A DNA stretch of 63,178 nt, filler included, from Octopus bimaculoides (taxonomy: Eukaryota), in NCBI RefSeq assembly GCF_001194135.2. It is 5 parts of 4 records of this genome, joined end to end, with 100 filler letters (N's around TTAATTAATTAA, not from the genome) between each part and the next. Parts side by side here need not be neighbours in the genome. Positions count along the whole stretch, not along the records: positions 22,801 to 51,522 come from NC_068983.1; 4 more parts are not named here. One strand, given 5' to 3'. The notes under the pieces were generated by a model, which made no database searches, had not been told where the DNA came from, and worked only from the letters and a program-made list of their open reading frames with translations. A program made the translations under genes and the position numbers. Positions within the stretch are counted from its first letter, which is position 1, and every line of letters starts with the position of its first letter. This document shows, piece by piece, positions 37,383-50,196 of the stretch.

Positions 37383-39169
37383 TATATACATATACATGGC
37401 CTGGCTCTCCATCAGTTACAACAATGAATGTTCCAGTTGAATTTGATCAACCAAACAGCATGCTCATGAAATTAACATTTAAGTGGCTGAGCACTGCACA
37501 GACACATGTACCTTTAATGTAGTTCTCGGTGAGATTCAACATGACATAGAATGTGACAAGGCTGGCCCTTTGAATTACAGGTACAACTAATTTTTACCTG
37601 GTGAGTGGACTGGAACAACAAAAAGTAAAATGCACAAGGACACAACATGTTGCCAGGAATCAAACTCGTGGCCTTACAACATCTATACATACATACATAT
37701 ATGATTACATACATGCACACAAATCTGTATATGAGTATGCATACATGTATATTCTGACTATATTATCAATGTGTTATTCTTCATTTAAGATAGCAGTGTG
37801 TGATCTAAGGGAAATATGGTTGTTATTTCAAGCAGGTCAAGTGACTGCATACAGGTTTCTTCTTCGGCTTATACAAATTTTAATTTTTAAGCTGAAATGC
37901 CCTTTGAGCACTGATAAATATCTGCTAAGTACTGGATTGATCACATTAACTCTGCCTTTCCCACTGAAATATGTGGCCTTGTACCAACAGTGACAATCAA
38001 TACAAATTAAAACAAATATATTTTGGAGATACTCATGTATTTTTTAGGACTTTCAAGCAAGATCATTGCCAGTGCCCCTGGACTGGCTCTTGTGCGGGTG
38101 GCACATAAAATACACCATTTTGAGCGTGGCCATTGCCAGTACCGCCTGACTGGCCTTCGTGCCGGTGGCACGTAAAAAGCACCCACTACACTCTCTGAGT
38201 GGTTGGCATTAGGAAGGGCATCCAGCTGAAGAAACTCTGCCAAATCAGATTGGAGCCTGGTGTAGCCATCTGGTTTCACCAGTCTTCAGTCAAATCGTCC
38301 AACCCATGCTAGCATGGAAAGCGGACGTTAAACGACGATGATGATGATGATGTGTCCTTTCCTACTTTTAAGATGTGATTTGTGAATGAATCGGCTGCTA
38401 TTTCAAGTAAGTTCAATGATTACCTAGATAATCTCTAGTTACTTTACTGTCACTACAATAGCAATTTGAAGAGCTAAATTTTTTGACAGCATACAAAGTG
38501 CCTTTACAATGTAATTTAATAGAAGCTTTATTTTTAAACTAATGTTCCAGATTAGCTTCAGCCAGCTCTGATGAATTGTCCAGCTGCTGCCTCTATGTGT
38601 TGGTAAACCATCATTTTAAGCATCAAGTGGTTTTGTTTCTTTATTAAGTACATGTGAACACAAGAAACTAATTCTTGCTTGAGGTCCAGTCAATAATGGC
38701 ACATTTTCTTTTATTGTTTCTCTTTTAATTTTCAATGTTCAAAGCTTGATGGCTAAATTGCTTGGTTACAAGTTCTCCTTCAAAAGAAGATTCATGCAAT
38801 TAGATAGTTATTATTAGGACTATTCTTCTTATTAAAAAGAAATCATTATGATTTTAACAGAAAATCACCACCACCATGGAGAAGAACAAGAGGAAAAGAA
38901 AAACAGATGGAAGAATAATAATGTTTTATTCTGATTGTATTTATTGATTTATCTGGTGGGTACTTTTATCCTACTGTTAATGTCTTGAACATTGAAGTGA
39001 ATAAAAACCGACTTCTATTCATTCATGTGTGTGTGTGTGTGTGTATGCACGTGTGTATGTATATGTATGTGTATATCTATACATACATGCATAAATAAAT
39101 AAATAAATACATTACACACACACACACAGAGTCTACATTTGTTATTATAGTTTTGTTTTTTGATTGAAC

Positions 39170-39850
39170 CAGAATTATGAACAAGGAAGACCTAAAGACA
39201 AGAAAGAGAGGAGGAGAAAGAGGAGAATCAGAATGAAAGAAAGACAGGAAAAGCAAGATGAAAACAAAGGGAAGTGATTATAAAACAAAAAAAGAGTGAA
39301 GAGGAAAGAGTAGTGAGAAACAAAAAGAAAGTGGATGACAGAAAAAAAAGAAATTGAAAGAATGAAAGGGAAAGATGAAAAATGCATAAATAGAAACAAA
39401 GAAAGAAGAAAGAAAAAAGAAACAAAATGAATGGATGGCAAGGACAAGATTTAGAAAGTAAAAAAAGTGAATGAGAGAAAGAAAAAGAACAACACAGAGG
39501 TAGGAACAAAAAGAGAATGAAAAAAATAAAAGCTAAATCAATAGGAAGTGGGGAAGTATGAAGATGCTGCTGCTGATGCAATTGACCTTTGAAATTAAAG
39601 CAAGACAGTGATAAAAAGAAAAAGAGAAAAGCAAAAAGAATGACTAGAAGAGAATAGGGAAAATGAGAAAAAAGAAAGTATATGAAAAGAGTATAAAACA
39701 GAAAGAAAAGGTGTGACAGTGTGAGATAGAGAATGATAAAAATGGAATGAAAAGGTGTGACACAGAGATAAAGAATGAGAAAAGGAAAAACAAGGAAAGA
39801 AGAGAGAAAGAGAGAAAGAGAGAGAGAGAGAAGTGGGAGTGAGTGAACTA
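39170..39850. repeat. Purine-rich (GA/AAAG) low-complexity tract
   Basis: Read directly; it explains the hydrophobic minus-strand ORFs in the track. Confidence 0.85.
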
Positions 39851-42800
39851 GAAATACAGAACCATATAATCATCAATTCATTGTTTTTAATTGATTGTAC
39901 AAGAACAATTATCTGTACTTTTCTCTTTCTTTTTACTTAACTTTTTTACACTGAATGACACTTACCTTTCACATCACTTATTCTCATACTTCAATACAAA
40001 TATACACATAAAAATCAACACTTACAGCTCTTTGTTCTGTCTCTGCTCCAACAACACTAAAACCTGTACACAGTAGCACAAACTGCTAGAAATAGTCAAA
40101 TCTTCCAATTGCTACCACCTTAAAAATGACTATATTCCATAACTCAGTTCTGGATATTTGTTGTGCATAAAAATGGATTGGTCATTATCATTTCTTTCCA
40201 CGGTTAGAATGTCATTCAAATGATAGAAAATTCACCTTCCCTCTAGTGTAGCTATAACCAGAATCTACACATACTAGAACTGACAGTGGATAGTGCATAT
40301 GCCCAGAATGCAAAACTGCAACACATTTATTTAATCACTGCCAATCAGAATGTGCAGTACATTCCTCAGCTACACAGGAATATGATATATCTGGAGTTAT
40401 AGATCTCTAGATTGCACCAAATCATCCATCCAACCACCTATGTTCCTTAGCTCTGTTCAATCAACCACTAGGTTAATTTTGTATAGAGAAGGGTTTCAGT
40501 TGATTGATTCATTCAAACTTTTTATTACCAGTAGTGAGTGATGGAATTAGCCCATCTGTCTTTCCTACTGTCTTGACCAGCTGAGTATAAAATAAATAAA
40601 TGTTTAAAGAGTTTTCCCCTCTTTTGACAGCAAATAGTTATTCTTGTCATATAAAGGGGAGACTGTATGAAATGTGTAAGAAATGTGATCACTGTGTGGG
40701 AGTTAGACAGGTGTACAGTTCATCTAGCTGTAAACTGATACTTTGTAACTAGCAAGAACAGCATTATTTAACAATTTCTTTGTTAGCTTGAGTTCAGAAC
40801 TTTCAATGGTTTAGATTAGGCCATTTCTAGTTCTAAGAAACTGGAACTTCAAAAACACTGAACAGCTATTTTGACCACATAGGAAAAACTCAAAAAAATA
40901 TCAGCAAAGTTAGTGGTGGTTTAGTTAAAATAAATAGGGGCTACCAGATTAATCTCTAGCAGAGCCTGCATTGATAGAAAAAGTTGCTTAACCTGTAGTA
41001 GTATTGTAGTAGTCAAATCTCCCTATTATCTTAAAAAGGAAAGCCATATTGGATACACATGCTTAAATATAAGATGGGGGTGGTAACAACAAGTGTGCTA
41101 CTGAGCATAGGTTTTCTCAATCAAGCTGATGGAACTAAATAACAACAGACACCAATGGAAAAATGAAACAGATGGCACTCAGTATTAATGCCCAACAATT
41201 CTAGTAAGATTATGTTGAACCAAAAAGACTTTTAGACTTTCATATATGATTAACTGCAAGACAATTTTGCAGATTAAACTGGCCAATATCTATCACTGCT
41301 TCCTTCACCAGAAGACAGGAGCTTTTCCTACTTAAGAAGAATTATACAAAACATTCATCAATGTTACTGTGTTGTTACTGCCTCCAATGAACTAATCATA
41401 TACTATGTGGAAAGAATCTCAGTGTCTGAAACATTCATAGTTGTTCCTTGCCTGCAAAGATCAGAATCATCTTCCCCTAGTATGAGAATTAAATTTGAGA
41501 GGTTCTTTTTTAACTACTGAAATTATCATCCCTTTTCTCTAGAAGCTGCTAACAATTGCCAAAAGCTTTTAATTTCTTTCTCCAGTTAAAAGTAAATTTT
41601 TTATTAAAAATTTTTTTGCTTCATGTATTTAATACATGATCCTTAACTTATTTTTCAACATATGATTTTTGGAACACAATTTAACAAAAGCTTTTTCACC
41701 AAATCAATTGCATATTTTTGTCTCAAAGCAAATCTAATTATAGGCCAATTTAACAAAACATTAATTATTTAAATGTCATTTAAATATCACTATAGAAAAT
41801 GAGTTATTAGCTAATATTCAATTGGGTATACAAAAAAAATCTTAATATAAGACTGTGCACAATACTGGATTGTCTATCTATATGCAATTATGGGCCTTCT
41901 TATACTCATAATAATGTTGATAGCAAAAATTGCTTGGATTACCTTTTTGTTTATGTTCTGCATAACAGTTCATTTCCACAGTAATCACTTCAAACAAAGA
42001 GGTAAAAATTTTTTAAATAATCCATTGATTTTGTTTCCTTGGCTAGGTCCTAACATTTGCTAAGAAAATCAGTTTTCAAATTCTTACACTCTTCAGGTAC
42101 AAATTCATTTTCCAGAATCACTTGTTTTACTTTCAGAAATCAAAACAACCAATTCACAGTCGCACATGTGGTTTTTATGTTTGCTTTATATTTTGCTAGA
42201 TTTCACCATGTCTTCTCTCAAAAACTACTTCAATTCAGATTTGCTGCTTGACAGTGAAACTGGTAATAAATGAAATTTGTATCCATTTTTGTCTGTTGTA
42301 AAAACTTTCAGAAAATTGATTTGGAAAAAACTGTAGAAAAGGTCTCAGAAAATTGCCAGAACTCAGATATCACATCATATAATGTTGGACACTGTAACTC
42401 AATTGTTTGCATAGTTAAATCACATGTTTTCATGAATGTACTAACGAATAGGTTATCTCAAGCAGTTCTGGACAGTTTGGTAACATTCTTGGACATTTTG
42501 GAGTGAGATGGTATTGAAAGGCCATGATCCTATCAGAGTACAATATAAATAGCAGTATCTTCTTTACTGGCTTATTGGTGCCCAATTGATTCAGTTATGC
42601 TCAGCAATATGCGAGGTGGTCTCAAAAAGTTCCCATACTAGTTCTGTAGTGCACCAACAGATGGCAGCACATGGTTGCATGCACAGTGAGAGCTAGCAGT
42701 GACCTTCATGAGGCAGTGTACTGAGTGACATCACTGTGTTTACTTCGCATGCTGTTTCTATATTTATAATGAGAGTCGCATAATAGCTTTTGAGAATGTA

Positions 42801-43817
42801 GGAAGAAAATTTACACTGCATTGAATTTTTAAACTACTCCAAGTTAATTTGTGTTCATGAAACTTGAAGATCATAACCAATATTTTTTTTTTTCCTTCAA
42901 ATTTCAAAAGTATAATTTCTTATACTGGAAGGATACCTTTGATTTCTTTTAAATTAAATGTAAATTTTTCCATGTTCATGCCCTCACACTAAGCCACAAT
43001 CTGCTATAGATATAATAGATGGAACTATAACTTTAGCAATTCATTAACTATTTTCTTCTGCTACAATCGCTAGCCTTTGTGATGTCAAAATTCACTTGTA
43101 CACTTTAGCTTTTTTTTTTTCAAGCTTCTCTGTTAACATGTCAGCTTCCAACATGTTTCATGCACTTACTCATTAAAAACTCCCTCCTACCTCAAATGAA
43201 AACTTAGGTTGTATGACAAATATTATTCTTTGTCTGAGATAAACTTTTGTTTATTTATTTCTTGCTTCTTTTATATCTTTTCTTTACTTCCTAATTTGAA
43301 CATTGGAAAGTTAAGATACTTTTACCAAAAGTTTTAATTAATATGGAATGGTTTATTACTTCATTAATTGATGTTTTATGACATACAAAAAATTTCACCT
43401 ACATGGATATGACTCCAAATCTAAGAAGATAATTTGTCTATTCCTAGGTATCCTTTCAAAACACCTCATAAAACAGTGTAACTACAAAAACTACCTTCAT
43501 CGTCAATAGGACTGATACTGTTTATAATAGGATGGGCATATAGGATTGAAACATAGAAATGTGTATTACAAACATATTTATCCCATAATAGTACATAAAA
43601 TATAAAATGAAATATTAGAAGTAACTGCTTCTTAAGCTTGTCCATTTTTCAGAGTTCTCATTGTCATCCAATTACAAATTCCCAACTACATGGTTATGGG
43701 TTCAGTCCCACAGCATAGCACTTTGGGGAAATATCTTCCACTATGTCCCTAGGCCAACCAAAAACTAAATCCTTGTGAGGGCATTTGAGAGATGAAAACT
43801 GAAAGAAGCCCATCCGG

Positions 43818-43870
<53 letters not shown>

Positions 43871-44871
43871 GAGGTAGGCCAGTTTATAGAGTTACCCGCT
43901 CATGAGGAGGTTTAGCCTTATGGTATATCTTCAGTCTCCAAACACTGTTGGCCTGAGTGAGAAACTCAGGGTAACCCCATAAACTGGCCTACCCCACTAT
44001 AATATTAACTGCTCTACATCTTAGAGTGTGCTTCTCCTCCGGATTTATGTATTTCTACAAGTGATATATATATATACACCATCATCATCATCATCATCAT
44101 CATCATCGTTTAACGTCTGCTTTCCATGCTGGCATTGGTTGGACGGTTTGACTGAAGACTGGCAAGCCAATAGGCTGCACCAGGCTCCAGTCTGATCTGG
44201 CAAGGTTTCTACAGCTGGTTGCCCTTCCTAATGCCAACCACTCCGAGAGTGCAATGGGTGTTTTTTTACATGCTACCAGCATGGGAGCCAGTCAGTGGGC
44301 ACTGCCATCAATCATGTTCACATGGTACTTTTTACATGCCACAGGAACGGGGAGCCAGTCAGGTGGCACTAGCATCGACCCACACTTGAATGGTGCTTAT
44401 TACGTGCCACCAGCATGGGTGCCAGTCAGGCAGCACTGGCCATAACTACGATTTCGATTTCACTTGACTCAACAGATCATATTGCTTGACAATTCAAGAG
44501 TAATTTTAAATGGGTCGGTTATGCAACTTAGGTATTGGCCACGACTGCGGTCTCACATTACTTGCTGGGTCGTCTCAATTACAGTATATCTCCAAAGGTC
44601 TTGGTCTCTTATCATTGCCTCTGTGAGGCCCAACGTTCAAAGGTCATGTTTCACCACTTCAACCCATGTCTTCCTGGGTCTACCTCTTCCACAGATTCCT
44701 TTCACTGTTAGGGTGTGACACTTCGTCGCACAGCTTTCCTCATCCATACACAACACTTGACCATACCAGTGCAGTCGTCTCTCTTGCACACCACATCTAA
44801 TTCTTCTTATGTCCAACTTTTCTCTCCTTTTGTCATGTATGCACACTGACATTACACATCCATTGGATCAT

Positions 44872-45570
44872 ACTAACTTTACTTTGCTGTAGCTACCATC
44901 ACTTATAAGACTTGCCAGTTTTCCCGAGTAGTCAGACTTGTTCATCACCACCGAAAAGATGCAAAAGATATGCGGCCCATATGACATCGGGACAGTATTC
45001 AAAAGTAATACAACACTTCGCAAATATCTCCTTCTGTCGTCTATGCACACTGACATTACACATCCAGTGGATCATACCAGCTTCATTTGTTTCAAGCCTA
45101 CGCATGTCCTCAGCAGTTATGGCTCATGTTTCACTGCCATGTAGCATGGCAGTTCATGCACATGCATCATACAGTTTACCTTTCACCTTGAGTGAGAGGC
45201 CCTTTGTTGCCAGCAGAGATAGGAGCTTTATGAACTTTGCCCAGGCTATTCTTATTCTAGCAGCTATGCTCTTGGAGCATCCACCACCACTACAGACCGT
45301 ACATGTGTGGTAGTTTACTGTAGTGTTGAGTCAGTTGTCTGTACTTCATTGGTGTAAAGTGATTCTTGTTCTTGATCAAGATCTGTGACAACTTCCCCTC
45401 TGTTTTCAAAGTAGGGTCTTTCTTTACTTTGCTGTAGCTACCATCACTTATAAGACTTGCCAGATTTTCCGAATTGTCAAACTTGTTCATCACCGCCGAA
45501 AAGATACAAAAAATATGCGGCCCATATGACATCAGGACAGTATTCAAAAGTAATACAACAGTTCGATTCC
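44872..45570. mobile_element. Penelope-like fragments with an internal strand inversion, interleaved with RTE pieces
   Basis: Minus: VVMNKSDY.GKL..LISDGSYSKVKKDPTLKTE..L...YRQLTQHYSKLPHMYGL. Plus: TEKMQKICGPYDI.TVFKSNTTLRKYL. Confidence 0.75.
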
Positions 45571-45579
45571 AGGCAGTGA

Positions 45580-45648
<69 letters not shown>

Positions 45649-45859
45649 TAATAATAACAACAATAATAGCAATAACAACAACAACAACATCGAAAAATAC
45701 CTTAGGAATGAGAACCCAGGTTCGAAATTTCCCCAAGACTGGAGGCTGGAGGGTACATCAGCCGAAACGTTGTGTTAACAACAAATAAGATGAGGACAAA
45801 TATCCGTCAATTAATGTAAATAATGTACATAATTCCTCATCTCTTAAATATAGAACTGA

Positions 45860-47107
45860 ATTTTTACGATGCATAAAACTGGTTATAAATACTAAAATAA
45901 TGGTAGTAATCAGATATAATTTTAATGTAACATTTATTACAAAAACATTTATCACTCAATACGGCTGCCCTTTTGGACAATTACTGCCCCCATATGAGAA
46001 CGAAATTTTTTTGCAGCTGTCACAACCTCCATCTTTTTGATTTAGTGTGTCGCACGCATGATGCAGGTCTTCAAGCTATTTACACTCATGTGTAGTGAAG
46101 AATTGGTTTGTTGCTTGATGTATGCTCCATAAAAAGTAATCGAGAAGGTTGAGATGTGGGCTATTACTGGGCCAGATGCTAGCCCTCAAGAAAAATGGCA
46201 CCTTCTCACAAAGGAAGACCTGTGGTGCTTTTGACCTATGGCATGGTGTAGATAAGCACTTCATTGCCAAGCAAAAACTTCTGCTCCATCCAAAGTAACA
46301 GACAATGCTTCAGGATGTCCAGATCCTCCTTTGCGCCGATCTTCAAGCCAGACTCAATGAAGTGTGGATCCATGATACTTCAATCACTTGCTACAGCCCC
46401 AAATACCACCACAAAGGCATGATTCTTAGTCTCAAACACAGCGGGGACGTTAGAAGGGTTCTATGCAATCATTCGAGAATTTCTGCGATTCACCTCAGCG
46501 TCTACAATGAACTTCTCGTCCACAAACATGAGAGTTTTTCCTGCATCTTGATGTTTGATGAATGACAGAAGCTTTGGGCATCTCTTAGCTCTAATTGTTT
46601 TGGCTCTAGCTGTTAGGAGGTGGCAGCATTGTTGAACATAGCTAATCATGTCAAGGTTTCTGTTCACAGCTCTGGACACCATAGAAAAAGGACACATTGC
46701 ATTTCTTTGCAAGAGTTATCATGGATGTGGATGAGTTGGCCTCAATCAAGCGTTTGAAGCCAGCAAGAAACTTTGGATTGTGCTTGGAATCACTTTGAGT
46801 TTTGTATTCTTTTCTATCAATTTTTCCCTCTTCTTTAAATTGCTTATACACACTATAACCTGTTGCTTTTGGAAGTTTTGTCAACTTAGCAATTTTATTG
46901 GCAGTGTGCCCAGCACACGCCAAAACAACAATGGCGGAATTATTTTGTTGTTCCATGACTTTTTGTTGTCAAATCAGTTCACTATTTACCTGAAAAATAA
47001 AAAGGAAGATTAGATTTTCAAGCAAGCAAGGTTTTGTCAAATAGTGAAATGTTAAACCCACTAAGTCAACTGCTTAAAATTGGTCTCAATTTATCTACAA
47101 GACCCTG
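45860..47107 (-). mobile_element. Tc1/mariner (maT/DD37D-like) transposon, degenerate; only one terminus recognised
   Basis: HTH-like N-terminus, MFVDEK.F.VD..VNRRN, WPSNSP.LN.LDY.LWS. Terminus caagaccctg+TA at 47107. Confidence 0.8.
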
Positions 47108-47153
<46 letters not shown>

Positions 47154-47169
47154 AGTAAAAATAAATACA

Positions 47170-47690
47170 AAAAAGGGGGGGGGTTGTATGTTGGCCAGAC
47201 AGGTAATGCACTATCAGAACGCTCACGGGTACATCGACAACAGATTAAAAATCCAGAAGTCCACCAAATACCACTGAGTAACCATCTGGCAACATGTNNN
47301 NNNNNNNNNNNNNNNNNNNNNNNNNNNNNNNNNNNNNNNNNNNNNNNNNNNNNNNNNNNNNNNNNNNNNNNNNNNNNNNNNNNNNNNNNNNNNNNNNNNN
47401 NNNNNNNNNNNNNNNNNNNNNNNNNNNNNNNNNNNNNNNNNNNNNCCTGAAACTCGAGTCACCTTTATATATTTATATTTATATTTATATATTTGATCCT
47501 TTATATTGAACACTCAATATTTCATCTACATTCAATACTTTATTTCATGGTGCCATCCATTTTTATTTTATTTTATATTATATATTGTATATTATATTAT
47601 ATATTGTATATTCCATATTCTATATCCCACATTGGTTCTGCAGGAATATAAATAAAACATAAAAAAACAGACAGTGTTGGAACTCTTTTA
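47170..47690 (+). mobile_element. Penelope-like GIY-YIG fragment and 3' terminus (split by an N gap); related terminus at 11270-11490
   Basis: LYVGQTGNALSER.RVHRQQI......IPLS.HL..C. The 3' tail ccatattctatatcccacatt...gttggaactcttttaa is shared with 11400-11485. Confidence 0.75.
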
Positions 47691-47720
47691 AACAAAATAA
47701 TATATATATATATATATATA

Positions 47721-48600
47721 TGGTGAAAGCCAGTTTATGGGATTACCTAAAGTTTTTCGTCCATAAAGGGTTTAGCTTTATGACGTATCGTCAGATCTCA
47801 AAAACATGTTGTCCAAAGACCTCTTTAAAATATGGAGGAGAAAATACCTCACTACTCAAAGTTAACAATTGAGGATTATTTCCCATAGCTATTGGCTATC
47901 GACTTCTGGCTGTGCCGCCATCCTGTGGGTTCCAAAAAGCTACCAGGAACCTCCTGAAATGTAAACATGGCCTGAAAATCTCCATTCTGGAGTTAAGGAT
48001 GTTTAGCATCGACAACATACGACCACGGTGATACATTGGATGTTCTGGGAACTCTTTCAAGCAACATCTCTCCAACCACAGAACCTCCTTCAGAGTTCCA
48101 GAAAGGAGATACGTAACATCACTGGCCAGCCACGCCTGGCAACTAAGAGATGATGGGATTTCATACTCGATCTCATGGAAAATCCTCAAGAATCCAGGCC
48201 CCTACATCAAAGGGATGAAGCGTCGCAAGTTATGCATAGTTGAACGTGCAAGAATCCTATAGGACTCACTCAAACTAAGGAACATCTTTAACTCCAGAAC
48301 TGATATTTTCAGGCTATGTTTACATTTCAGGAAGCTCATGCTAGCTTTTTGGCGCCCACAAGATAGCAGCACAGCCGATAGTCCATAGCCAATAGCAAAG
48401 GGGGATAGTCCCCAAATGTTACCTTTGAGGTCTTGGGCCAACAGATCTTTGGGAACTGACGATACGCAATAAAGCTAAACCTTTTATGGACAGTAAACCT
48501 TAGGTAATCCCATAAACTAACCTTCCCCATTTTTTAATATATACTGCTCTACATCTTAAAATGTGCTTCTTCTTTCGGATTTATGTTTTTCACAAATGAT
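47721..48600 (+). mobile_element. Penelope-like 3' fragment (GIY-YIG) flanked by an inverted and a direct terminal repeat; another terminal repeat at 49728-49915
   Basis: YIGCSGNSFKQHLSNHRTSFR..RRYVTSLASHAWQLRD..ISYSISWKIL...KLC.VE..I at ~48035-48345. 47721-47925 is the reverse complement of 48355-48535 and of 49728-49912. Confidence 0.85.
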
Positions 48601-48843
48601 ATATATATATATATATATATATACTCTTTTACTTGTTTCAGTCATTTAACTGCAGCCATGCTGGAGCACCACCTTTAGTCGAATAAATTGACTTCAGGAC
48701 TTATTCTTTGTAAGGTTAGTACTTATCCTATCGGTCCCTTTTGCAGAACCACTAAGTTGCAGGGATGGAAACACACCAGCATTAGTTGTCAAGCGATGGT
48801 GGGGGACAAACACAGACACAAATACATACATGCATATACATAC

Positions 48844-48875
<32 letters not shown>

Positions 48876-49097
48876 GTATGTATACAACAGGCTTGTTTCA
48901 GCTTCCGTCTACCAAATCCACTCACAAGGCTTTGGTCAGCCCGAGGCTACAGTAGAAGACACTTGCCCAAGATGCTATGCAGTGGGACTGAACCTAGAAC
49001 CATGTAGTTGGGAAGCAAGCTTCTTTCCACACAGCTACTCCTGCGCTGAAATATATATATGCATGTGTGTGTGCGTGAGTGCATATGTGTGTGTGCA

Positions 49098-49161
<64 letters not shown>

Positions 49162-50196
49162 AAGATATATATTATCCAGGTAGATACCATAGTGGTTCTC
49201 AGCTGTGTTCCAGGTTATGGCTAACCACATTGATCAGTACTTAATGTCTATAACTACTATTAGTTGTCAGTCACTCTGTAAATTCTTCCGATGGATAATT
49301 CCATATTCGCTTCACTGGGTGGTAATATTGTCTGGAGTATATATTAGCAATAATTATAACAATATAGAATACGGAAACTTATTCATTTTCAAAATTTATT
49401 TTCTCTTATTTTACAATTTTATACAGCATATAGTCTTTATAACCGACATGTGTTTCCACTGCACAGACTACGGGCAGTTGTAAATGCAACCTGGCATGAT
49501 TTTCCATGCAGCTTCTTCAGGATCTATCAATCTGGCTAGTTTCAAAGTGGAATTTGTTTTTTATCAGTTAGTGTTTGGGGGAAGGTTATTTTGAAGTTCA
49601 ATCTTACTAACAAAACACTGTAGGTCATAAAGACCACAATACTATGCTATATAAAATTGTAAAACACGAGGAAATATATTTTGAGGATGAACAAGTATCC
49701 ATACTCTATATCGTCATAATTCTTGCCTTGCAAGATGGTGGCACAACCGGAAGTCGATAGCCAATAGCGAAGGTAGATAATCCCTACTTTGAGTAGTGAG
49801 GCATTTGCCCCTCCATATTTTTAAGAGGTCATGGGCCAACAGGCTTTTGGGATCTGATGATATTATGGACGGAAAACCTAAGGTAATCCCATAAACCGGC
49901 TTTCACTATTTTTAATATATATATATATATATTAAGATTAATCAAAGGACATACTACGTATGTCTACCTGCTGGAAATAACAATCAAAACTCATTCAAAT
50001 CGCCGAAAACAACTTATGATAACTACAGAAATCAACCATCTGCGGGCAAACGGGCCAGGACAAACTGTCAACATACATTCAAGTATTCGGACTCACGTGA
50101 AGGACATCATTGATGTCCTGTACCCATATATGCATGTATGTATACATCTTTAGGAAAGTGGGTTATACATCATTAGATGTACACCTAACTTTCCTA

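Noticed and set aside
42270-42506. ORF containing VEKVSE as ATP6V1G exon 1 (AEKVSE)
   Set aside because: Only a 5-residue match; no QGIQQLL motif and no phase-1 donor at the expected place.
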